Source: Candidatus Poribacteria bacterium (GTDB lineage Bacteria > Poribacteria > WGA-4E > WGA-3G). Taken from it: 64,000 bases of DNA. The translations under genes and the position numbers were made by a program. The stretch lies in assembly GCA_965242965.1 (NCBI GenBank), contig OZ251518.1, forward strand, positions 416,001-480,000. The letters run 5' to 3'. Below, in pieces: positions 48,089-57,418 of the stretch; the stretch's first letter is position 1; every line of letters begins with the position of its first letter. The notes beneath the pieces are model-generated. The model worked only from the letters and a program-made list of their open reading frames with translations, did not search any database and was not told the DNA's origin.

Positions 48089-49138
48089 ATGCGTAATTGT
48101 GGTGAACTCCTCACACTATTTGAGCAGTATGAGACATTCGCACTGTCAACGCACATTCGTCCCGATGGGGATGCTATCGGCGCGGTGCTGGGCCTCTATT
48201 TTTTCCTCAAGAAGCTTGGGAAATCGGTGAGGATATTTAATACCGATGAAGTGCCCGAGACGTATCGGTTTCTGCCATCTTGGGATGCGATTGAGGGGTT
48301 AGATGCTGTCGGCAGGTATCGTCCGGAGGTGTTGGTGGTGCTAGACGCAAGTACTCATGAGCGCATCGGCATGAAGTTGGCAAAAAAGTTGCTGCCGTTA
48401 GAGGTGCTGGTTAACATAGACCATCACGCTACGGCGGAGGCGTTCGGGGATGTGAACGTAATTGATGCGGATGCCTCGTCAACTTCGGAGATTGTCTATC
48501 GGCTAATCAAGGCGTATGCACAGCGCGAGAGTGCTGCGCTGGAAGTCTGGCTGTGCGAAGCGAGCGCGCTCTGTCTCTATACCGGCATCATGTTTGACAC
48601 CGGCTGTTTTCGGCATAGCAATGCGACGGCTGAAACGCATCGGGTTGCGGCGGCACTGATCGAGATAGGCGAGTTTCCACCCGATGAAGTCTACCGCAAT
48701 GTTTACGAACAGGTGCCTGTCTCTAAAATTCGCCTGTTGCGCGAAATTCTTGGCACGTTGAACCTCGCCGCTCACGGGAAGATTGCCTCGGTTTACGTCA
48801 CGCAGGAAATGTTTGATAAAACTGGCACGGGCCCGGAATCGGTGGAAGGTGTCGCGAATCAACTCCAAGCGATTGCCGGAGTTGAGGTGGCAATCTGTGT
48901 TACCGAACTTGCCGATGGCAACGCGCGGGTGAGTCTCCGGAGCAAGGGGAATGTTGATGTCAGCGCGCTCGCCGCGGAATTCAAGGGCGGCGGGCACAAA
49001 CGCGCCGCAGGGTGCCGGGTGGAGATGTCTTATCTCGTAACTGTTGAAAAACTCGTTGCAAGGGCACACCGATACATCCCGCTGTCTCAGGAGTCATCCC
49101 AACATCCGGGAAATCTTGAAAATCCTGCTCGGTATTGA
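48089..49138 (+). CDS. nrnA: DHH/DHHA1 oligoribonuclease/PAP phosphatase
   Basis: HIRPDGDAIG, NIDHH, GIMFDTGCF, VSLRS and GGGHKRAAG. Confidence 0.9.
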   Translation: MRNCGELLTLFEQYETFALSTHIRPDGDAIGAVLGLYFFLKKLGKSVRIFNTDEVPETYRFLPSWDAIEGLDAVGRYRPEVLVVLDASTHERIGMKLAKKLLPLEVLVNIDHHATAEAFGDVNVIDADASSTSEIVYRLIKAYAQRESAALEVWLCEASALCLYTGIMFDTGCFRHSNATAETHRVAAALIEIGEFPPDEVYRNVYEQVPVSKIRLLREILGTLNLAAHGKIASVYVTQEMFDKTGTGPESVEGVANQLQAIAGVEVAICVTELADGNARVSLRSKGNVDVSALAAEFKGGGHKRAAGCRVEMSYLVTVEKLVARAHRYIPLSQESSQHPGNLENPARY

Positions 49139-49147
49139 GAGGAAAAC

Positions 49148-50122
49148 GTGGAAGTTTTTTATTCTATGGACGACATACCCGAATTGGACAGGGACGCGGC
49201 GGTAACCTTCGGCGTGTTTGACGGAGTCCATATTGGACATCAAGCCGTTATTGAGACGCTTCTTGCACGTGCGAAACACGATAACCTACTCAGCATTCTG
49301 GTGGGATTTTATCCGCATCCGCTGGCATTTCTTGCACCAGAACGGTGCCCGCGTATCTTAATGCCGCTGTCCAAACGCATTAAAATTCTTGAACAACTCG
49401 GCATCAACAAGACAGTCATTCTCCGTTTTGACGCACAGATTGCTTCGATGTCCCCGGCTAATTTTGTGGAGCGCGTGCTGTTAGAGAAGTGTCGCGCCAA
49501 GCAGATTATCGTCGGATACGCGTGCCAGTTTGGAAAAGGACGGGAGGGCAATGCGGCATTCTTGGAGGCACACAGCCAGAACCGGCCCTTTGAAGTCTCT
49601 GTCGTTCCGCCGACACAGATTAACGGTTCGCCTGTCCATAGCACCCGTATCCGTGATGCCATCGCGCGGGGTGATTTGGGTTGGAGTGCGCAGCTGCTCG
49701 GCCGCAGCTATTCAATTATCGGTAATGTGGTTCACGGGGATGGGCGCGGCAAGCACCTCGGCTTTCCGACAGCGAATATCGAGATGGAGAACCAAGTGTG
49801 TCCCCCGAACGGCGTTTACGCCATCCGTGCGCGGTTAATGCCCGATTGCGAAGGCGCGCTTGCTATTGATGGCGTTTTAAACATCGGCACCCGGCCGACA
49901 TTCGCGGGCGCGACGTTTCAGATAGAGGCGCATTTCTTCGATTTTGATGAGACTATCTATGGAAAATCGGTGGAGATATTTTTCGTTGATAAAATCCGAA
50001 GTGAACGGAAGTTCCCGGGGGTTGACGCGCTGGTCCAGCAAATTCAACGAGATATCGCCGCCGCAACCGAGATTCTTGCGGAGGCAGAGCCTTTAGCAGC
50101 GGCGAGACCGGGGAGGGCTTAG
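49148..50122 (+). CDS. ribF: Bifunctional riboflavin kinase/FAD synthetase
   Basis: GVFDGVHIGH, HSTRIR, VHGDGRGK.LGFPTAN, GVY, NIGTRPT and EAH. Confidence 0.95.
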   Translation: MEVFYSMDDIPELDRDAAVTFGVFDGVHIGHQAVIETLLARAKHDNLLSILVGFYPHPLAFLAPERCPRILMPLSKRIKILEQLGINKTVILRFDAQIASMSPANFVERVLLEKCRAKQIIVGYACQFGKGREGNAAFLEAHSQNRPFEVSVVPPTQINGSPVHSTRIRDAIARGDLGWSAQLLGRSYSIIGNVVHGDGRGKHLGFPTANIEMENQVCPPNGVYAIRARLMPDCEGALAIDGVLNIGTRPTFAGATFQIEAHFFDFDETIYGKSVEIFFVDKIRSERKFPGVDALVQQIQRDIAAATEILAEAEPLAAARPGRA

Positions 50123-50340
50123 TAGCATCGAGACCAGGAGGTCTCTCCTACCTCCGTAGGGCGAGGGCCTGTCCCTCGCCGAGGGCTCTCTTACCACCGT
50201 AGGGCGAGGGCCTGTCCCTCGCCATGCTTCGGTCTACCGGAAACTCGCGGGGGAAACCCTCTCGGATGCGCGTGTGGCATCCGAGGGCCCCCGCGCTACG
50301 GTACTTTGACATTTTCTTGCCAGGTCTCTCCTACGGGGAG
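50123..50340. repeat. A- and C-type REP cluster
   Basis: ATCGAGACCAGGAGGTCTCTCCTAC, two GTAGGGCGAGGGCCTGTCCCTCGCC copies and a loop-expanded REP. Confidence 0.88.
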
Positions 50341-50431
50341 ATCGGAGGTCCTCAGCAGCGGCGATAGGCAACTCCTTGCGCGCCGATATTACGGATGCTT
50401 CGCGGAAAAAATCTCACAAAATCATTTTAAT

Positions 50432-50460
50432 TTGAATTCTCTGTCAATTTGTGGTATAAT
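50432..50460 (+). promoter_or_regulatory. rpsO promoter
   Basis: TTGAAT-N17-TATAAT with an extended TG. Confidence 0.7.
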
Positions 50461-50571
50461 ATATAATCATCAGGGCCTCCACGAAACACATCGGGTAAGA
50501 TTACGGTATTTCGCAATAGGTCCTGAGCATCAACCGATACGCTCAATATAGGCAAAAGGAGGTGAAAGCGA

Positions 50572-50862
50572 TTGGCAATCGATGCAGAACGGAAGCAGGA
50601 GATTATCCAACAGCACCAGATGCATGAACGGGACACCGGCTCCCCGGAGGCGCAGGTGGCGGTTTTAACTGCGCGCATCAAACATTTGACTGAACATTTT
50701 CAGACGCACAAGAAGGACTATCATTCCCGCTACGGACTTTTCCGCTTAGTTGGTAAGCAGCGGCGGCTGCTGCGGTATCTTTATAGGAAAGATATTACGC
50801 GCTATTACCGTCTCATCAACGAACTCGGCATTCGCGATACAATCGGATCCGAGCGGAGTTAG
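50572..50862 (+). CDS. rpsO: 30S ribosomal protein S15
   Basis: [26 protein letters not shown] and LGIR. TTG start after AGGAGGTG. Confidence 0.96.
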   Translation: MAIDAERKQEIIQQHQMHERDTGSPEAQVAVLTARIKHLTEHFQTHKKDYHSRYGLFRLVGKQRRLLRYLYRKDITRYYRLINELGIRDTIGSERS

Positions 50863-51202
50863 AACGGTTTTATCGGCCCGGCACAGTGTTTCTGTGACAG
50901 TGTTTTTGTGTCGGACCGCGTCAAGGCAATTTCCCATCGCATGCGCGCTCAACTCGCGCGCATAACGGGAAATGCGCACACACCTCTCAACGTCCCAGAG
51001 ACGCAATAGCAGCGCATTGGACGAAAAACGTAGTACGGACGCAAGCGGTGGCTTCGGTAGGCGCGCTTCATAGACGCGCACCGACAGCAGCGCGCGGACA
51101 ACCCGCGACGCTCGGTGGGAAAAGAGTGGATAACGTAAGTCCCGAAACGGAGAGACATGACTGAATAATTTGTTAGAACAGAACAGGAGTTAAGAGCACG
51201 AC

Positions 51203-53488
51203 ATGAAAGTAGAAATGCAACTTGGGAGCGAGAAGCTATCGATTGAAACCGGAAAAGTTGCGAAACAAGCAGACGGTGCCGTTTGGGTGCAATACGGTGG
51301 GACAGTCGTCCTCGTCACAGTCGTCGCTGATGATAGAGAACATGACTTGGATTTCTTCCCCCTCACCGTGGATTACCGCGAGAGAGCCTATGCGGGCGGC
51401 AAAATCCCGACGGTCTATGGCCGCCGCGAGCCCCGTCCCGGCGCATCAGAACAACTCATCGCACGCTTGATCGATCACTGCATCCGGCCGCTATTCCCGA
51501 AGGATTTTAAAGCGGAGGTGCAGGTACTGTGCAACGTATTCTCATCGGACGGTGTCCATCCCGCGGATGTGCCAGCCCTCATCGGCACCTCCGCCGCCTT
51601 GGCCATCTCCGACATCCCGTTTAACGGCCCCGTCGCCGCTGTCACCGTCGGAAGGGTTGACGACAAATTGATAATCAACCCGACTTACGAAGAACTGCAC
51701 GAATCCGACATGGAACTCTTCGTGAGCGGCACCACGGACGCGGTAATGTCTGTCGAAGGCGGCGGACACGAAATCCCCGAAGACGAGGTGATTGACACGA
51801 TTATCACGGCGCATGAGCAGATCCAGGAGGTTATCAAACTCCAAGAGGGATTGGCAGCGGTAATCAGCAGCGAGAAGCGCGCCTACAAGGCCAAAAGCGT
51901 GGAGGCAGACCTCAGCGAACGCGTCCGAAACCTTGCAACGTCACGCATCCGTGAATCCATCGGCATGGAGAATAAGAAGGACCGGGAGGCATATCTTGAA
52001 CAGGTGCAGGAAGAGGTGCTATCCGAAATCCTTGAAGGAGCACCGGAGGAGATAGATACCGCGGCAACTAACAAGGATGCCATTGCTATCCTCAGCGACA
52101 TTGAGAAAGAGGAGATGCGCAGCGCAATCCTCACGCAAGGGACGCGCGTCGATGGGCGCGGTGTGACAGATATCCGGGGCATCTCCGGCGAAGTCGCCTT
52201 GCTGCCGCATACACACGGTTCGGCACTTTTCACCCGCGGGCAGACGCAGGCACTCTGTGTCACGACACTCGGTACCTCCGGCGATGAAGATGTGCAGCGC
52301 GGGCTTGATGGTGAATTGCGGCGCGGCTTTTTCCTCCACTACAACTTCCCTCCGTTCAGCACGGGCGAAGTGAAGCGGATGATGGGCCCTGGCCGCCGCG
52401 AGATAGGGCACGGTGCGCTAGCCGAGAAGGCATTGGAGCCAGTCATCCCTGATAAAGAGGACTTCTCTTACACCATCCGCGTCGTTTCGGAGATTTTGGA
52501 ATCGAACGCGTCGTCCTCAATGGCGACGGTTTGCGGTGCGACGCTGGCACTCATGGATGCCGGTGTGCCGATTACGCGCCCGGTCGCGGGCATCGGGGTT
52601 GGGCTCATCAAAGAGGGTGAGCAGGAAGTTATCCTCACCGATATGCTCGGCACGGAAGATTTTCTCGGCGACATGGATTTCAAAGTCGCTGGGACAAGCG
52701 ACGGTGTCACAGCGGTTCAGATGGATATCAAGATTGCGGGTGTCACACCGGAATTGATGCGCCGTGCGATTCATCAGGCGCGAGAGGCGCGCCTTGCGGT
52801 GATAGAGCAGATGAACGCCGTTATCGCTGAGCCGCGCGAGGAATTATCGCCATACGCACCGCGTATCTACACTCTCCAGATTCCGCAGCAGAAGATTAAG
52901 GACCTCATCGGGCCCCGCGGCAAGACGGTGCAAGGCATTCAGGAGGAGACGAACACTACCATCAACATTGAGGACGATGGTTCGGTGGAAATCGCGGCGA
53001 TGAGCGCGGAAGATGTCAAACTTGCTGAAGAGAAGGTGCGCGCTGTCACGGCACTACCAGAAATCGGCAAGGAATACACCGGCAAAGTGGTGCGCACTGC
53101 GCCGTTTGGTGCGTTCGTTGAAATCCTACCGGGCAAAGATGGCCTCGTCCACATTTCGCAGATGGGCGATGGGTATGTCCGGCGCGCTGAGGATGTGATG
53201 GAGGTAGGCGACGAAGTCACTGTCCGCATTCTTACCATTGACGAACAGGACCGGGTAGATCTCACCCTCATCGCTGCCCGTGGCATTCCGGTTGAAGAAC
53301 TCACCGTGGCATCAAACTCGGAGCGCGAAGGCGAGACAGATGGTCCGCGGGACAACCGTCCGAATTACCGCGACAATCGGCGGAATGACCGGCGCGGTGG
53401 TAACCGTTACGGACAGCGGGGTAATAATGGGCGAGATTCTCGCGAGCGGCGTAACGCGCCTCGTCTGCCGCGGGAACGGATTCGATAG
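51203..53488 (+). CDS. pnp: Polyribonucleotide nucleotidyltransferase (PNPase)
   Basis: ETGKVAKQADGAV, FFPLTVDYRE, HGSALFTRGQTQ, RREIGHG, GDMDFKVAG, KH and S1 domains. Confidence 0.97.
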   Translation: MKVEMQLGSEKLSIETGKVAKQADGAVWVQYGGTVVLVTVVADDREHDLDFFPLTVDYRERAYAGGKIPTVYGRREPRPGASEQLIARLIDHCIRPLFPKDFKAEVQVLCNVFSSDGVHPADVPALIGTSAALAISDIPFNGPVAAVTVGRVDDKLIINPTYEELHESDMELFVSGTTDAVMSVEGGGHEIPEDEVIDTIITAHEQIQEVIKLQEGLAAVISSEKRAYKAKSVEADLSERVRNLATSRIRESIGMENKKDREAYLEQVQEEVLSEILEGAPEEIDTAATNKDAIAILSDIEKEEMRSAILTQGTRVDGRGVTDIRGISGEVALLPHTHGSALFTRGQTQALCVTTLGTSGDEDVQRGLDGELRRGFFLHYNFPPFSTGEVKRMMGPGRREIGHGALAEKALEPVIPDKEDFSYTIRVVSEILESNASSSMATVCGATLALMDAGVPITRPVAGIGVGLIKEGEQEVILTDMLGTEDFLGDMDFKVAGTSDGVTAVQMDIKIAGVTPELMRRAIHQAREARLAVIEQMNAVIAEPREELSPYAPRIYTLQIPQQKIKDLIGPRGKTVQGIQEETNTTINIEDDGSVEIAAMSAEDVKLAEEKVRAVTALPEIGKEYTGKVVRTAPFGAFVEILPGKDGLVHISQMGDGYVRRAEDVMEVGDEVTVRILTIDEQDRVDLTLIAARGIPVEELTVASNSEREGETDGPRDNRPNYRDNRRNDRRGGNRYGQRGNNGRDSRERRNAPRLPRERIR

Positions 53489-53507
53489 ACAGATGTTTTG
53501 ACAGGAG

Positions 53508-53542
53508 AGGCGGGGGTCACTTCAGGTTATCCTCGCCTTTTT
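53508..53542 (+). terminator. Intrinsic terminator after pnp
   Basis: AGGCGGGGG...TCCTCGCCT followed by a T-run. Confidence 0.65.
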
Positions 53543-53550
53543 GCTTAATT

Positions 53551-53765
53551 GAGGGTGTTTCATATATCGCTCAACGTCGCGGGAACAGGCCCCGCGCTCT
53601 GCGTCTTGCCATCAAATCGCATCTCCCCTGTAGTTCAGGATCGCCTGATCCTGACCTGTTCGGGATCAGGCGATCCCGAACTACAGAAGTGGGCCCGATG
53701 CCTTTCGGTATTCGCCCGCTCCCCAAGGCGGAATAAATACCGAAACGGAGTTATGAAACACCCTC
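53551..53765. mobile_element. MITE-like element copy 6 (215 bp) with a perfect 8-bp target duplication
   Basis: GAGGGTGTTTCATAT / TTATGAAACACCCTC. GCTTAATT at 53543-53550 and 53766-53773. Confidence 0.88.
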
Positions 53766-53851
53766 GCTTAATTTCGTGGGACGGGTCCGATGCGCGCTTA
53801 GCACGTAACGCGGGGACCTGTCTCCTGCAAAAAAAATAGGCGGATGTCACC

Positions 53852-54130
53852 ATGAGACATCAAAAACTTTCATCTGCAAGCAAGCGGCGAATTCAGAAAG
53901 CACGAGGCGATCTACTAGACCAGAAGTGGATGACCTATTTTTTGGCCGCCGTGCTGATTTTATTGATTGCCGTGTTTGTCGTTTTATCGTCCCCTGAGTA
54001 TAAAGCGTGGGTAGTGGATACGGCGCGTTCGCTGTTTTATGGAACACGAAAACGGGAGGTGCCGAAGCCGCGCGCCGCGCCTGCACGCCTTGAGACTCCT
54101 GCGTTCCGATGGCAGGAATACAGGTTTTAA
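53852..54130 (+). CDS. Small single-TM protein
   Basis: Basic N-terminus followed by the hydrophobic helix YFLAAVLILLIAVFVVL. Confidence 0.6.
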   Translation: MRHQKLSSASKRRIQKARGDLLDQKWMTYFLAAVLILLIAVFVVLSSPEYKAWVVDTARSLFYGTRKREVPKPRAAPARLETPAFRWQEYRF

Positions 54131-54145
54131 GAACTAACAGAGGAA

Positions 54146-54658
54146 ATGACAATGGTAGCGAGATTGATTGCGATAGTGGCAGTCGTCCTCGTCGCGGGCT
54201 GCGGGTATGTCTCCAAGTCAGAGTATCTGGAGCATATCAAGACAATTCGGGTTTCACCTGTCGAGATCCAAGATGCCGATTTCGCTTACGATGAGGCTTC
54301 GCAGCGGCCCTACGATGAGGTTATTCAAGAGAAGTTAATCCAACGCTTCAATCGGAAGTGGCAGGATGGGAATGATTCGCAATTCACGCTGCGGGTTCTG
54401 GATTACAATATCAAGGAGCACGGATTCGGTCCGACTGGCCAAGTTGAATTGCTGCGGATAAGTCTCCAAATTGAATACGAATTTCTGGATCGGGTGCGCA
54501 ACAACATCATCGCCGAGAGCAACAACCACGTGCAGATTCACGATTTCTACATTGTGCCTAATCGAGGCGAACCGCCCGAAACTTTGCCGCAGGCGAAAGG
54601 ATTGTTGATTGATGAACTGATTGAAGATCTTTACAATCAGTTTGCGGAACAGTGGTAA
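54146..54658 (+). CDS. LptE-like lipoprotein
   Basis: Lipobox VAGCGY, L.HIKTI.V and a C-terminal LI.DL......W. Confidence 0.6.
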   Translation: MTMVARLIAIVAVVLVAGCGYVSKSEYLEHIKTIRVSPVEIQDADFAYDEASQRPYDEVIQEKLIQRFNRKWQDGNDSQFTLRVLDYNIKEHGFGPTGQVELLRISLQIEYEFLDRVRNNIIAESNNHVQIHDFYIVPNRGEPPETLPQAKGLLIDELIEDLYNQFAEQW

Positions 54659-54741
54659 GGCAAAGTGCGCATCGAGACCAGGAGGTCTCTCCTACCGGGG
54701 ATAAGGTTTCGCATCAACAAATTCCTAATAGGTGGAAGGCT

Positions 54742-55770
54742 ATGATGAAATTTCAACAATGGACAGCGATGGCACTCTTCTCTATCTCACTGCTTCTCGT
54801 CGTCTCTTGTGAGAAGGAGCCGGGAAATTGGACAGCAGTCCACCGAGAGGGAGCGTCTATTTACGGCGTGTGGCGAAGTCCGACAAAAGCCGCGGCCACT
54901 TTGGCAGTTGCGGAGGTGAACCGTAATCTCCTTGACAAGGGTGCGCAGGGGTCGGATTTGCCTATCTTTACGACGTTGGCCCCGATAGAACTCTTACCTG
55001 TTCAAGTCGTCGCCGGGCGCAACGTTTCTCAGGCGGAATGGGTGCAGGCGCGTGTGCCATCGACTTATCAAGGCAAAACCCTCTATCGCGATAGGCCCGC
55101 GGCACCGGACCTTTACCACGCTTACGGTTTTCAGCAGCAGGCGGAGGTGGAATACCAGAGTCGGAAATTCGGTTCAGAGCCGCTCATCTTGCTTGAAATT
55201 TTTGATATGGGCACCGCGGAGAATGCGTTCGGAATTTACAGTTTCAACACATATCCTCGGGCCGAGATGGTCTGGGTGGGAAGCAAGGCACTGCTTTCCG
55301 GTGGCTATCTCCGTTTTGCTAAAGGGAAGTATTTCGTTGAGATAGAGGGTTATGAATTCGCTACCGGCATTCGCGAAGGCATCGTCGCGCTGGCGAAGGC
55401 GATTTCTGCGCAGATTCAAGAGCCGCCGACAAAGGTCCCCCTGTTTGCGATGCTGCCGCATGCCAACCGAATCGGCGGAAGTGACAAATTATTCCGCTCA
55501 CATTGGACGCTGAGCCAAATCTACAGCGGGTTACCGCTAAGCCTCCCGCAGTTGACAGGATTTCCCCTCTGTGTCTCCGCAAGTTATCGCGATAACGATG
55601 CAGATGATTGGGTGAATGCGCGGGTTGTGTTTATCCTCCGGTTCCCTGATGCCGCCACTGCCGAGGCGGCTTGGACGCGCTATCGTGAAGAGGTGACGAA
55701 AGCATCCCCTGCCTTTGAAATGGGGGCAAATGGGGAGATTTTGGTTGATGAACAACTACCTTCGGAGTAA
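54742..55770 (+). CDS. Putative lipoprotein (DUF6599-like)
   Basis: Lipobox VVSC, YG F, LEIFDMGT.ENAFGIYS and F.KGKYFV.I. Confidence 0.65.
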   Translation: MMKFQQWTAMALFSISLLLVVSCEKEPGNWTAVHREGASIYGVWRSPTKAAATLAVAEVNRNLLDKGAQGSDLPIFTTLAPIELLPVQVVAGRNVSQAEWVQARVPSTYQGKTLYRDRPAAPDLYHAYGFQQQAEVEYQSRKFGSEPLILLEIFDMGTAENAFGIYSFNTYPRAEMVWVGSKALLSGGYLRFAKGKYFVEIEGYEFATGIREGIVALAKAISAQIQEPPTKVPLFAMLPHANRIGGSDKLFRSHWTLSQIYSGLPLSLPQLTGFPLCVSASYRDNDADDWVNARVVFILRFPDAATAEAAWTRYREEVTKASPAFEMGANGEILVDEQLPSE

Positions 55771-55819
55771 AAACTGATGCACTACCTTTCTGAAATGACC
55801 CCCCCCTGATCTGGCCCGG

Positions 55820-57208
55820 ATGCTTATTCGTGGGGATAACTTAATTGAGATGCGGAAGATACCGGATAACGTCGTCGCTCTCATCGCGACGGATCCGCCG
55901 TTCAATTCTAAACGCGACTATTTCGTGCCGTATCGCGATGAACACGGAAAAGAGCCTGACACCCTCGTCAAAGCGTTCACCGATACATGGAAATGGGGCG
56001 ACGCGGCCGAGGCAACGTGCGATGAACTTATTCGCGACATCGGCGGCGCGATAGGCGAGACGATTGAGGGGTTACGACTCTTTTTGAAGCAAACGCCGAT
56101 GATGGCGTATTTGGTGATGATGGGAGTTCGGCTAGTGGAGATGCACCGGATTCTGAAACCGACGGGTTCAATTTATCTCCACTGCGATGCGACTGCGTCG
56201 CACTATCTGAAAATTTTGATGGATGCCGTTTTCGGCGCGAAAAATTTCATGAACGAACTCGTTTGGTGTTATTCCTGGCCCCGGAATTCCAAGCGATATT
56301 ACGCGCGAACGCACGATAGTATTCTTTTTTACACCCTCGGCGACAAATGGACATTCAACGCCGATGCAATACGTCAACCTTACGCGGCGGCATCGGAAGG
56401 CAGAGATGCCTATGCTGCCAATGCATCGCAGTTTGGGGATGCTGTTGTGCTGGATAAGCGCGGGAAACTCCCGCAAGACTGGATAATTCTGCCGCCTGTC
56501 CGTCCGAATGCGAATGAACGTGCAGGTTATCCGACGCAGAAGCCGATAGCCCTCTACAAACGCATCATCCAAGCCTCTAGCAACGAAGGCGATTTGGTGC
56601 TAGATCCGTTCTGTGGTTGCGGCACGACACTCCTTGCGGCGGAGGCACTCAATCGGCGATGGCTCGGCATTGATTTGACATACCTCGCCACGGGAGCCGT
56701 CACACTGCAGATGGAGAAATTCTTCCCGCAGGTGAAGGACAGCATCGTTATCACCGGCACGCCAGAAAACGTAGACACTGCGCTGCAACTTGCCCGCGAA
56801 GACCCGGGTGGGTTTGAGGAGTGGTGTGTGACGCATGTGCTAAAGTTTACCTCAAACGCCAAAAAGGTAGGCGATGGCGGCATTGATGGCACATATCGGT
56901 TTCCTATCGGCAAGGTAAAGGGACGCACGGCTTATGGAAAGATGGTTGCACAGGTGAAAGGTGGGAAGTATAGCCTCGGGCATATCCGTGATTTTCGGAC
57001 AGCGATGACGAATGCACAAGCGGATTTGGGCATCTTTGTCGTGACGCGGCCCCCGAGCGCCGGAATGCGCGCGGAGGCGAGTCGTGCAGGGATGTGGAAA
57101 CATCCGCTGTGGGATATGACATGTCCACGCGTGCAACTTTATGAGATTCAAGATTATTTTGATGGCACCCTGCCGAAGATACCTGTGGGAGAACGGCGGG
57201 TGCTGTGA
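55820..57208 (+). CDS. Beta-class N4/N6 DNA methyltransferase fused to an Mrr-like nuclease domain, copy 1
   Basis: GDNL, ATDPPFNS, GYPTQKP, VLDPFCGCGTT and a C-terminal FEEW...GDGGIDG...QVKGG. The likely true start at 55777 is out of frame at a C8 tract. Confidence 0.88.
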   Translation: MLIRGDNLIEMRKIPDNVVALIATDPPFNSKRDYFVPYRDEHGKEPDTLVKAFTDTWKWGDAAEATCDELIRDIGGAIGETIEGLRLFLKQTPMMAYLVMMGVRLVEMHRILKPTGSIYLHCDATASHYLKILMDAVFGAKNFMNELVWCYSWPRNSKRYYARTHDSILFYTLGDKWTFNADAIRQPYAAASEGRDAYAANASQFGDAVVLDKRGKLPQDWIILPPVRPNANERAGYPTQKPIALYKRIIQASSNEGDLVLDPFCGCGTTLLAAEALNRRWLGIDLTYLATGAVTLQMEKFFPQVKDSIVITGTPENVDTALQLAREDPGGFEEWCVTHVLKFTSNAKKVGDGGIDGTYRFPIGKVKGRTAYGKMVAQVKGGKYSLGHIRDFRTAMTNAQADLGIFVVTRPPSAGMRAEASRAGMWKHPLWDMTCPRVQLYEIQDYFDGTLPKIPVGERRVL

Positions 57209-57282
57209 TACCGCTTCTTTCTCGTAGGACGACGGCCGTTACGCCGATGCCTTTGAAATGGCAGCAAATGGGGAAATTTTTG

Positions 57283-57311
57283 TTGACAAACACCTGACTT
57301 TAAAGTAGAAT
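57283..57311 (+). promoter_or_regulatory. Promoter upstream of methyltransferase copy 2
   Basis: TTGACA-N17-TAGAAT. Confidence 0.65.
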
Positions 57312-57418
57312 TACGCTGGCAGTTCTGCGAGTCTATCCATGCTAAAATTACCGAAACAATCGGAGTGAAAGTTGATGCACTACGTCTTTGAAATGACCCC
57401 CCCCCTGATCTGGCCCGG

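Noticed and set aside
50467-50571. S15 autoregulatory leader
   Set aside because: The position is plausible, but I could not match a known leader fold by eye. It needs an Rfam or covariation search.
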